Assembly (NCBI GenBank): GCA_963546395.1
Contig: CAUUMS010000008.1
Location: 2,481 to 66,480 of the forward strand
Source: an uncultured Bacteroidia bacterium
Lineage (GTDB): Bacteria > Bacteroidota > Bacteroidia > Bacteroidales > CAJPTX01
Length of the DNA: 64,000 nt
Direction: 5' to 3'
Under the pieces are notes generated by a model. That model made no database searches. It was not told the origin of the DNA and saw nothing but the letters and a program-made list of their open reading frames with translations. Both the position numbers and the translations under genes were made by a program. Below are positions 9,079-16,146 of this stretch, piece after piece. Every line of letters begins with the position of its first letter. Within the stretch, counting starts at the first letter, position 1.

Positions 9079-9776
9079 CGCAACTCCTCCCTCTCCACCA
9101 ACGGAATAAGAATGTGATCCTCAATGCAGGTATGGGCGCTCAGGTCGTCGCCCAGCTCATGGATACGCAGGAACAGCTCCCGTCGTATCGCATACGATTC
9201 GCGCATGGGGAGGTACTTCACCAGCAGGCTCTCCAGGTCGCCCAGCTTATCCTCAATGTCCTCATGCCGCGACTTGTAGACCTTCACGCTATAATCCCCA
9301 GCCTGTGGCTGCTCGCCGCTGAGCACGCCCCGCACGTAGGGGAAGGCCACTTGGCTCTCGTAGGCAAAATGCTCCTCCACCTCATCCGTGTACTTCTTGA
9401 AGAAGCTCTCCACCAGCTCAAAGCTCTTGTCACCGGCCCCGTGCCGCATCTCGTGGATCAGCGCCACGATGCGTGGGTAAGCCGTTTGGCTGTAGAACTT
9501 GTGTGATTGCTCCAGAAAGTCCACAATGCGCAGCCCGTCGCTAGGCTGCAACACGTCCACGATGCCAGGGCTATGCGTGAGTGTGACGTGCAATAGCTCC
9601 AGGAGGAGGTGCGGATTTATCCCCCCCTCCTCGGCCACCTCGCCGAGGCTCTTGTCCATTAGACCCATGGGGATCCCGAGCCGTTCGAACACCAATATGG
9701 CGGGCGGATGGCGCAGAACCACATCACCCGCGCCTGTCGATACCGTTATCTGTCCCATAGCAACACTATCTATCAC
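9069..9776 (-). CDS. hemerythrin-like / RIC (YtfE/ScdA)-like di-iron domain protein
   Basis: 235 aa with repeated H/E helices (HKFY, HEMRH, EEHFAYE, HEDIEDK, HELGDDLSAH, IEDHIL). The N-terminal segment VFERLGIPMGLMDKSLGEVAEEGGINPHLLLELL resembles ScdA_N/DUF1858. Its start overlaps the pyrC stop by 4 nt. Confidence 0.6.
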   Translation of the reverse strand: MIDSVAMGQITVSTGAGDVVLRHPPAILVFERLGIPMGLMDKSLGEVAEEGGINPHLLLELLHVTLTHSPGIVDVLQPSDGLRIVDFLEQSHKFYSQTAYPRIVALIHEMRHGAGDKSFELVESFFKKYTDEVEEHFAYESQVAFPYVRGVLSGEQPQAGDYSVKVYKSRHEDIEDKLGDLESLLVKYLPMRESYAIRRELFLRIHELGDDLSAHTCIEDHILIPLVEREELRWN

Positions 9777-11149
9777 CGGGATTCTTGGGCGTGAAAACGT
9801 AACGCTTGCCCCCCGGGTTGCTCAGACCAACAGCCAACGCGATACGCGAAATTGCCATTGACCAGCGTAAACATAACACGATGGAATGTTGGAATGTTCT
9901 TATAAATAGACCACTTGCACCGACTTACGAACGGTAAAGTTTGCGGTAACACGCTATTATATAGACGCTTTACACGCACAAGATCGGCCGCATACCCCTC
10001 GCAAATAAATCCTCGCCCGGCAATGCCGAAGAGCCTGGCGGGGTTGTGGCACAGGCTCTCCACCAGTTGCGGCACAGGTAGTTGCTCCTGCTCCGCCCTG
10101 TCGAGCAGCGCGCACAGGTGGTGCTGAATCGAGGCGATGCCAGAGGGGCAACTAGCGTACGGCCTTAGCTTCTCCTCTATCAGGTGCGGGGCGTGGTCGG
10201 TGCCAATGGTCATGATGGCACGTCGCCGCAGAGCCTCCCACAAGGCCAGCCGATCGGAAGCCGACTTCACCGATGGGTTGCACTTCAGGAGGCCCTCTTT
10301 CCGCTCGTAGTCCCCGTCATCAAAGAGCAGGTACTGCGGGCACGTCTCGGCCGTGATCTGCTGCGCCAGCGGGGTACCCTGCAAATTGCGGAATAGCGTA
10401 GCCTCCTCAGCCGTGCTCAGGTGTAGCACGTGGAGGCGCGTGCCGTATGCCTTAGCCAGCTCCATCGCCAGCTGCGTGCTCTTGATGCACCCCTCGCGAC
10501 CACGTATCCACGCATGCTTGGCAAAGGGAATCTCATCGCCATACTTCTCCTGCGCCTGCTGCATCCGCTCCGCGATGAATCCATCCGTCTCACAGTGCGT
10601 GATGACCGGCAGCGGCGACTCGGCGAATATACGCTCCAGCGTGGCTCGCTCCTCCACCTTCATGTCGCCCGTGGACGAGCCCATGAACAGCTTAATAGCC
10701 GCCACCTCCCCATTGGCTGCACGGCGTATCTCCTCAATGTTGCTATTCGTCGCCCCCAGGTGGAATCCGTAGTTGGCCCACGAACGCCCTTGCGCCATGG
10801 CGTACTTCGCCCGCACTGCGCTCAGGTTATCGGTTATGGGCTTGGTGTTGGGCATATCGATGAACGAGGTGACCCCACCCGCCACGGCAGCCCTCGACTC
10901 CGTGGCCATATCCCCCTTGTGGGTCAGCCCGGGCTCACGGAAATGCACATGCGCATCGATGAGACCCGGCAGCAGGTAATCCCCATCGCAATCCACCACC
11001 TCATCGGCCGCACCAGCCAGCGACGCATCCTCCCCGTAGACAATCTGCCCTATGGTGCCATCGTGCAGCACAGCCACCGACCCCAGCCGCTCTTGCCCCT
11101 CGCTGACAATACGCGCATTCTCCAGCGCAAGTGCAATCCTATCTCCCAT
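9773..11149 (-). CDS. pyrC: dihydroorotase (amidohydrolase superfamily)
   Basis: 458 aa with metal-ligand motifs DAHVHFREPG and IGTDHAPH, typical of multifunctional-complex-type dihydroorotase. Confidence 0.75.
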   Translation of the reverse strand: MGDRIALALENARIVSEGQERLGSVAVLHDGTIGQIVYGEDASLAGAADEVVDCDGDYLLPGLIDAHVHFREPGLTHKGDMATESRAAVAGGVTSFIDMPNTKPITDNLSAVRAKYAMAQGRSWANYGFHLGATNSNIEEIRRAANGEVAAIKLFMGSSTGDMKVEERATLERIFAESPLPVITHCETDGFIAERMQQAQEKYGDEIPFAKHAWIRGREGCIKSTQLAMELAKAYGTRLHVLHLSTAEEATLFRNLQGTPLAQQITAETCPQYLLFDDGDYERKEGLLKCNPSVKSASDRLALWEALRRRAIMTIGTDHAPHLIEEKLRPYASCPSGIASIQHHLCALLDRAEQEQLPVPQLVESLCHNPARLFGIAGRGFICEGYAADLVRVKRLYNSVLPQTLPFVSRCKWSIYKNIPTFHRVMFTLVNGNFAYRVGCWSEQPGGQALRFHAQESR

Positions 11150-11172
11150 GTGGCTTGTGTTCGTTATGCCCG

Positions 11173-11940
11173 CTAGTCATCCGTGCCCGGGCGCGGTCGG
11201 CAAAACCGCATGCGGAGCACCCCCCAGAGGGCCTCAGAAAATATTCCTCCCGACATCTTCGACGTGCCCGCCGTGCGATCGGTGAAGATGATCGGCACCT
11301 CGCTGAGGCGATACCCCATGCGGTAGGCCAGGTATTTCATCTCGATCTGGAACCCGTAACCGCGCATGCGCACTGGGTAACGCAGCAGGTGGCGCAGGGC
11401 CTCACTCCGGTAGCACACGAATCCCGCCGTGGCATCGCGCACCGGCATACCGCTCACGATGCGCACGTATAGCGAGGCGCAGTACGACATGAGGATACGG
11501 CTCAGGGGCCAGTTCACCACGTTGATACCCTTCACGTAGCGCGACCCGATGGCCACATCGGCCGGCCCACCATCCGTGCCCGCGCACCGGGCCACAAGGC
11601 GAGGTATGTCCTGGGGATCGTGCGAGAAATCGGCATCAATCTCACAGATGTACTCGTAGTCACGCCCCAACCCCCACTCGAAGCCCGCCAGGTAGGCACG
11701 CCCCAGCCCCTCCTTTTGCGCTCGGCTCAGGAGATGGAGACGGCTCCCGTGCTGCGACTGTAGCTCTATCACACGCTGGCCAGTGCCGTCGGGGGAACTG
11801 TCATCCACCACCAGCACATCCACCGCAATGGGGAGCGACAGCACAGCCCCCACGATCCGCTCGATGTTCTCTAGCTCGTTGTAGGTGGGTATTACCACCA
11901 GTGTGACTCCCATAGGCACATCTGCGCTATTGTCCCTCAT
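11173..11940 (-). CDS. GT2 polyprenol-phosphate mannose synthase (Dpm1-like)
   Basis: VVIPTYNELENI, LVVDDSSPDGT and EIDADFSHDP motifs of GT2 dolichyl/polyprenyl-phosphate mannosyltransferases. Alternative start MGVTLVV at 11913. Confidence 0.8.
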   Translation of the reverse strand: MRDNSADVPMGVTLVVIPTYNELENIERIVGAVLSLPIAVDVLVVDDSSPDGTGQRVIELQSQHGSRLHLLSRAQKEGLGRAYLAGFEWGLGRDYEYICEIDADFSHDPQDIPRLVARCAGTDGGPADVAIGSRYVKGINVVNWPLSRILMSYCASLYVRIVSGMPVRDATAGFVCYRSEALRHLLRYPVRMRGYGFQIEMKYLAYRMGYRLSEVPIIFTDRTAGTSKMSGGIFSEALWGVLRMRFCRPRPGTDD

Positions 11941-12643
11941 CGCCGGCCCCCTGGGGCAAGGCGAGATGGCACGTTTCCGGTAGGCTGAATGAGAGGTAGG
12001 TGATAGATTTCCCCTGCCCCCGAAATAGCATCTCGTACTTGGTGGGGATGGCCAGCTCGGGGTACTGCTCGAGGCATGGATCGATGTCCTGCAAGGCCAC
12101 CTCGGGCACCACGCCGCACCGGGCCAGCACGCCCAGAGTGTACTGGTGCAGCTCGAGACTATCGGTCTTCAAGTGCACCAGGCCGGTAGGGATGAGAATG
12201 CGCTGGTAGCAGGCCAGGAATGGCACCGCCGTGAGGCGTTTCCCCTCCCTGCGCGTCTTCAGCTGCGGGTCGGGGAACGTAATCCAGATCTCATTCACCT
12301 CGCCATCGGCAAAGAAAGAGCCCAGCGTCTCAATGCGCGTCCGCAAGAAGCCCACGTTGCGGAGCCCCATAAGATGCGCCTGCTTGGCCCCGTACCACAG
12401 GCGCGCCCCCTTGATGTCGACCCCTATAAAGTTTCGCTCGGGGTAACGCTGCGCCAACGCCAGGGTGTACTCACCCCGACCGCACCCCAACTCGAGGGTT
12501 ATCGGATTGTCGTTGCAGAAGAAGTCTCCGTGCCAGTGGCCCTTCATGGCATGGTCGTCACGCCACACCTCCATGAACTGGGCCTGTATCAGGTGGGGGA
12601 AAGTCTCGTTCTCCGCGAACCGCTGAAGCTTATTCTTGCCCAT
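11927..12643 (-). CDS. trmB: tRNA (guanine-N7)-methyltransferase
   Basis: MGKNKLQRFAEN..., SAM motif LELGCGRGEY and FPDPQLK. The Arg/Cys-rich N-terminal extension of the track ORF (to 12829) is discarded. Confidence 0.85.
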   Translation of the reverse strand: MGKNKLQRFAENETFPHLIQAQFMEVWRDDHAMKGHWHGDFFCNDNPITLELGCGRGEYTLALAQRYPERNFIGVDIKGARLWYGAKQAHLMGLRNVGFLRTRIETLGSFFADGEVNEIWITFPDPQLKTRREGKRLTAVPFLACYQRILIPTGLVHLKTDSLELHQYTLGVLARCGVVPEVALQDIDPCLEQYPELAIPTKYEMLFRGQGKSITYLSFSLPETCHLALPQGAGDEGQ

Positions 12644-13127
12644 CGTCCACAGATGATTGCGTGGCCAGCTGCACCTGTAGGGCAAATCGCCGCACCCCTG
12701 GCAGCGTCTGGTAGCGCATGCCCTGCTGCACGCGCACGGTGTACACTCCGGGCTCGGCAAACCGCACCTCCTCCGCGTACGGCAGTCGCACCTCCCGCTC
12801 CCCGGCAAAGCCCTTGCCAAGCCAGGCACCCCGGTCGTCAGCCACCCGGTAGTTGAGCGTATCGCAACGCTGCGTCCCCTGGGGGCTAAGCACCGTCACG
12901 AAGAGGTAGACATTGGCGTTGGGGTACTCGTCCCCATGCCGCAGCACGAAGTCGAGCTGATAGGCCTGCGTCGTGTCGGGCACGTCGAAGGCGAATTCGG
13001 CGGGCGCATCGGCCGGCCACCCCTCGTCCCCCATCGTCTGCTCCTCGAAGTAGACACTCTCCCTCGCGCAGGCCGTCACGAGAAGCAGAAGGGCCAGGGG
13101 CCACGCACGTAACCTACTTAGACGCAT
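12630..13127 (-). CDS. gldH: gliding-motility/T9SS-associated lipoprotein GldH-like
   Basis: Lipoprotein signal MRLSRLRAWPLALLLLVTAC. The pattern EGW...F.F.V.D....Y.L.F.LRH...YP.ANVYLFV....G....DTLNY..AD..G.WLGKG matches my memory of GldH. It sits in the usual position after a PSP1 gene. Confidence 0.65.
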   Translation of the reverse strand: MRLSRLRAWPLALLLLVTACARESVYFEEQTMGDEGWPADAPAEFAFDVPDTTQAYQLDFVLRHGDEYPNANVYLFVTVLSPQGTQRCDTLNYRVADDRGAWLGKGFAGEREVRLPYAEEVRFAEPGVYTVRVQQGMRYQTLPGVRRFALQVQLATQSSVDDGQE

Positions 13128-14286
13128 GCTGCTGACCTGCATTAGGACGCTTGCGCCGGTGGGGCTTACGATTCTTAGACGGCTTCGTCCGATTATCAAA
13201 ACGAGTGATGCTATCCTCCACAATCACATCATCATACCCGTCCTTCACCGGGGCCTCCTCGCGCTGGGGCAAATCCAGCTCGCTGAGCGGGGCCGCCAGC
13301 TTTCCCTCGGCATTCAGGGCCATGATCTGCTCCACCTGAGCGAGCGTGAGCATCACCATACGGCCGGCCCCCCGCGGCTCGGTGGAGAACCACATGTAGT
13401 CGCGGAACAGGTCATTCTTGGCATGGAACAGATTCTGTCCCTCCAACTGTAGGGGCGTGCGCAGCCGTGGGAACCGTTTCCGCGCATCGGCGTAGTAATC
13501 CACCTCAAAGTTGAGGCAGCATTTGAGCTTTCCGCACTGCCCAGCCTGCTTCTGCGGGTTGGGTGTCATGTCCTGCATCTTCACCGTGCTCGTAGTCACC
13601 GGCACGTATTGATGTAGCCACTTGCAGCAGCACAGCGACTGCCCGCAAGTGCCGATCCCCCCCACGCGCCCGGCCTCTTGCCGGGGCCCAATCTGCCGCA
13701 TCTCCACACGCACCCGGAACTCGGTGGCCAGCATGCGCACCAGTTCCCGGAAATCCACCCGCTTCTCGGCGCTGTAGTAGAATGAGGCCTTGGTGCCATC
13801 CCCCTGGTACTCCACATCCACAATCTTCATCTGGAGCCCCAGGCCGCTCGCCACCTCGCGCGCCCGCAGCATGGTGCTCTGCTCGCGCTCTATGCACACG
13901 AGCCAACGCTCCACGTCGCACTGCGCAGCCTTCCGAAGGATCTTCCCCCGCTGCTCGTCACGGTTTTCACCATGCGCACGGAGGTAATCGCGCTGCGCCA
14001 GCCAGCCCGTCAGGGAGACCATGCCCACATCGTAGCCCGGGGACGAGGAGACGCACACCACATCGCCCACGTGCAGCGGGAGCATCCCGCCATTCACGTA
14101 GTAGTCACGGCGGCCATTCTTGAACTGCACAGCCACCATCACCCGGTCGCGATTCGACTGGGTGAACGGTTGCCCCCAGTCGAACTGCCCCCCCTCACCG
14201 CTCTGCGCGCAGGCTACGCGGTACTCACTCCTATCCTCGTGGCGGACAATTCTCCCCCTCGAGCTCTCGTACACTTCCATCTCCAA
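13114..14286 (-). CDS. PSP1 domain protein (RicT/YaaT-like)
   Basis: PSP1 core VDVEYQGDGTKASFYYSAEKRVDFRELVRMLATEFRVRVEMRQIGPRQEA and a Cys cluster CGQSLCCCKW...CGKLKCC. Confidence 0.85.
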   Translation of the reverse strand: MEMEVYESSRGRIVRHEDRSEYRVACAQSGEGGQFDWGQPFTQSNRDRVMVAVQFKNGRRDYYVNGGMLPLHVGDVVCVSSSPGYDVGMVSLTGWLAQRDYLRAHGENRDEQRGKILRKAAQCDVERWLVCIEREQSTMLRAREVASGLGLQMKIVDVEYQGDGTKASFYYSAEKRVDFRELVRMLATEFRVRVEMRQIGPRQEAGRVGGIGTCGQSLCCCKWLHQYVPVTTSTVKMQDMTPNPQKQAGQCGKLKCCLNFEVDYYADARKRFPRLRTPLQLEGQNLFHAKNDLFRDYMWFSTEPRGAGRMVMLTLAQVEQIMALNAEGKLAAPLSELDLPQREEAPVKDGYDDVIVEDSITRFDNRTKPSKNRKPHRRKRPNAGQQHASK

Positions 14287-14308
14287 GCCTGCACCTCAAT
14301 ATCATTGG

Positions 14309-14316
14309 CAAAGGTA
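14309..14316 (-). promoter_or_regulatory. -7 promoter box TACCTTTG for the PSP1-gldH-trmB... gene string
   Basis: Exact TAnnTTTG on the minus strand, about 23 nt upstream of ATG 14286. Confidence 0.55.
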
Positions 14317-14363
14317 CACAAATCCCCCTAAGCCTTCCCTTTTCGTCTCAATGCGCGGTACGC

Positions 14364-14729
14364 TCAATCCAGCTCGGCGCGCGAGAAGAGATCGGCCAGC
14401 CGTCCCTCCTCCTCGCAGGCATCCTTGAATCCGGTGATGAATGCGCGCAGTGCCTCCTCGTCAGACGAGTATGCGCTGAAAAGCCCCGCCTCGGGGTCGA
14501 AATGCACCACATCGGCCAGGTGGGGAAGCGACTCATGGAGGAAGACCGTTGCTATGGAGGCCCAGTCATACCCTCCACCCTCGAAGCCCTCATCGGCCCT
14601 CGCCTCGAAGATCTCCGCCTTATAGCCCAGCCCCGCATCGAGGCATGCGCTGAAGCTGCTCTCGTGCGTCACCCAGTAGAACGGCGCAATACGCCCGGCA
14701 AAATCCTTTGCGTCAATGCCCTCTGCCAT
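14364..14729 (-). CDS. small acidic protein, Imm51-like (polymorphic-toxin immunity family), orphan
   Basis: 121 aa from ATG 14729 (MAEGIDAKDF...). The segment YKAEIFEARADEGFEGGGYDWASIATVFL...FDPEAGLFSAYSSDEEAL...DLFSRAELD matches my recollection of Bacteroidales immunity-51 proteins. The 330-aa track ORF extension is antisense to dcm and is rejected. Confidence 0.5.
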   Translation of the reverse strand: MAEGIDAKDFAGRIAPFYWVTHESSFSACLDAGLGYKAEIFEARADEGFEGGGYDWASIATVFLHESLPHLADVVHFDPEAGLFSAYSSDEEALRAFITGFKDACEEEGRLADLFSRAELD

Positions 14730-14759
14730 AAAATGCTCCCTTTCGTTAGTACCGCACTG

Positions 14760-14767
14760 TAAAGGTA
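14760..14767 (-). promoter_or_regulatory. candidate -7 box TACCTTTA for the Imm51-like gene
   Basis: One mismatch to TAnnTTTG, about 30 nt upstream of ATG 14729. Confidence 0.35.
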
Positions 14768-14990
14768 GCCATTTGTATCGAATGCCTCGCAGCCGGCGGA
14801 AATTCGTACCTTCGGCAAAAGATGAATACGGCCCCAACGCAGGCACCCAATACATGAAAGATCGTCCCTCCCTCTTCAAACCAACTCCCCCAATCCGTCG
14901 CACCATCCTCGGGGGTTGGCAGCATCTGCTGAGCCCCGAGCGGCAGTTCGACTCCCTCATTGTCAACACCCCCACCCTCTTCGTGGAGCC

Positions 14991-15887
14991 ATGATGCGCG
15001 CGGTGGATCTGTTCTGCGGATGCGGGGGCCTGAGCCTGGGATTTCAGCTGGCGGGCATCGGCGTGCTGGCGGCCTACGACATCTGGCCCGACGCGCTCGC
15101 CACCTATCGGGCCAACTTCACCCACGAGGCGCGCAGCCTGGATCTGAGCGATGCGGCAGCAGCCATTGCAGCCGTGCAAGGACACACACCCGACATCATC
15201 ATCGGGGGCCCACCGTGCCAGGATTTCTCCTCGGCAGGTAAGCGCGACGAGGAGAATGGGCGGGGCGACCTCACCGTGCGCTACGCTGACATTGTGTGCG
15301 CCGTGCGTCCGGAGTGGTTCATGATGGAGAATGTGCCCCGCATCACCCGCTCGCAAAAGCTCGCCACGGCCGAGCAGCAGTTCAGGGCGGCTGGCTACGG
15401 GCTCACGAGCATCGTGCTAGATGCCTCGCTATGCGGTGTGCCTCAACGGCGTAAACGTTTCATCATGGTGGGGCGACTCGGGGAGCGGGACGACTTTCTG
15501 CTCGAGGCCCTCACGGCTCACTGCGCACGCACTCCCCTCAGCGTGGCGGCCTACTTCGGGGACAAGCTTCCCCTGAGCCACTACTACCGACACCCGCGGA
15601 GCTACGCCCGCCGGGGCATCTTCAGCACGCAGGAGCCGAGTCCCACCGTGCGGGGCGTCAACCGTCCCATACCCAAGGGCTACCGGCTTCACCCCGGCGA
15701 CGGGGTGGAAAGCCTCGAGGGCATCCGGCCGCTCACCTCCCGCGAGCGGAGCATGATACAGACCTTCCCCGAGGAGTTCCGTTTTGTGGGCACGCAGTCC
15801 AGTGTGGAGCAGATGATCGGTAATGCGGTGCCCGTCAATCTGGCCCGACATGTGGCCCGGGCCATCCTGGAATATCGCGCCAGCTAA
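14991..15887 (+). CDS. dcm: DNA (cytosine-5)-methyltransferase, solitary
   Basis: All core C5-MTase motifs are in order: I AVDLFCGCGG, IV GGPPCQDFS, VI FMMENV, VIII QRRKRF, IX RPLTSRERSMIQTFPEEF, X GNAVP. The target-recognition region is short. Start at ATG 14991. Confidence 0.9.
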   Translation: MMRAVDLFCGCGGLSLGFQLAGIGVLAAYDIWPDALATYRANFTHEARSLDLSDAAAAIAAVQGHTPDIIIGGPPCQDFSSAGKRDEENGRGDLTVRYADIVCAVRPEWFMMENVPRITRSQKLATAEQQFRAAGYGLTSIVLDASLCGVPQRRKRFIMVGRLGERDDFLLEALTAHCARTPLSVAAYFGDKLPLSHYYRHPRSYARRGIFSTQEPSPTVRGVNRPIPKGYRLHPGDGVESLEGIRPLTSRERSMIQTFPEEFRFVGTQSSVEQMIGNAVPVNLARHVARAILEYRAS

Positions 15888-15980
15888 CGCCAGCCCCCTA
15901 GCACCACCGCGACCCGTGACAAGGGTCAATCGGCAAGGTGTAAGGTGTGAAAAAGGCAACGGGCGCAATGTAGCCACGAA

Positions 15981-16085
15981 GCACCTGCGACGTATCAAGT
16001 CCGTATTTGCACGGCCAAATTGGGACTTGGTACGTTGTTGCTACGACGAGATGACGGCCCAGCATGGGTCATGCGCATGCGCTAT
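15981..16085 (-). repeat. structured intergenic repeat, copy A (hairpin 15991-16034 plus conserved box 16058-16082)
   Basis: Arms CGTATCAAGTCCGTATTT / AAATTGGGACTTGGTACG. Homologous to 52462..52575 in the arms, the flanks (GCACC..., TGCTAC) and the box CCCAGCATGGGTCATGCGCATGCGC. Confidence 0.7.
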
Positions 16086-16091
16086 GCCTGC

Positions 16092-16110
16092 AGAAAACCC
16101 GCCATGCGGG
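16092..16110 (-). terminator. candidate intrinsic terminator of tamB
   Basis: Minus strand reads CCCGC-ATG-GCGGG followed by TTTTCT, about 35 nt after the tamB stop. The stem is short (5 bp, GC-rich). Confidence 0.45.
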
Positions 16111-16146
16111 CAATCATTCTGGGCGTGAGGGTCGGCGGACGATGCG

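Noticed and set aside
11362-11371. GCGCATGCGC palindrome identical to the core of the repeat box
   Set aside because: It lies inside the GT2 mannosyltransferase coding sequence with no flanking hairpin or terminator. It is probably a chance occurrence in GC-rich DNA, and I use it as a caution for the partial copy C.
14730-15356. N-terminal 209 aa of the 330-aa minus-strand ORF 14364..15356
   Set aside because: This part is antisense to the motif-complete C5 methyltransferase and is Arg/Gly/His-rich. Only the last 121 aa (from ATG 14729) resemble a real protein, and that part has its own near-consensus -7 box.
15823-16128. Peptide similarity between plus-strand ORFs 15823..16128 and 52382..52585 (K[SA]VF..PN..LVRCCY)
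   Set aside because: The similarity coincides exactly with the repeated hairpin element. The paired compensatory substitutions in the two stem arms point to nucleic-acid structure rather than coding. The ORFs have no shared start context and diverge completely outside the element.
15888-16146. Search for a restriction endonuclease, Vsr or controller ORF next to the methyltransferase
   Set aside because: The 259-nt convergent spacer has no ORF with a plausible start or composition, and it is occupied by the repeat element and the tamB terminator. The divergent 260-nt spacer upstream likewise holds none.
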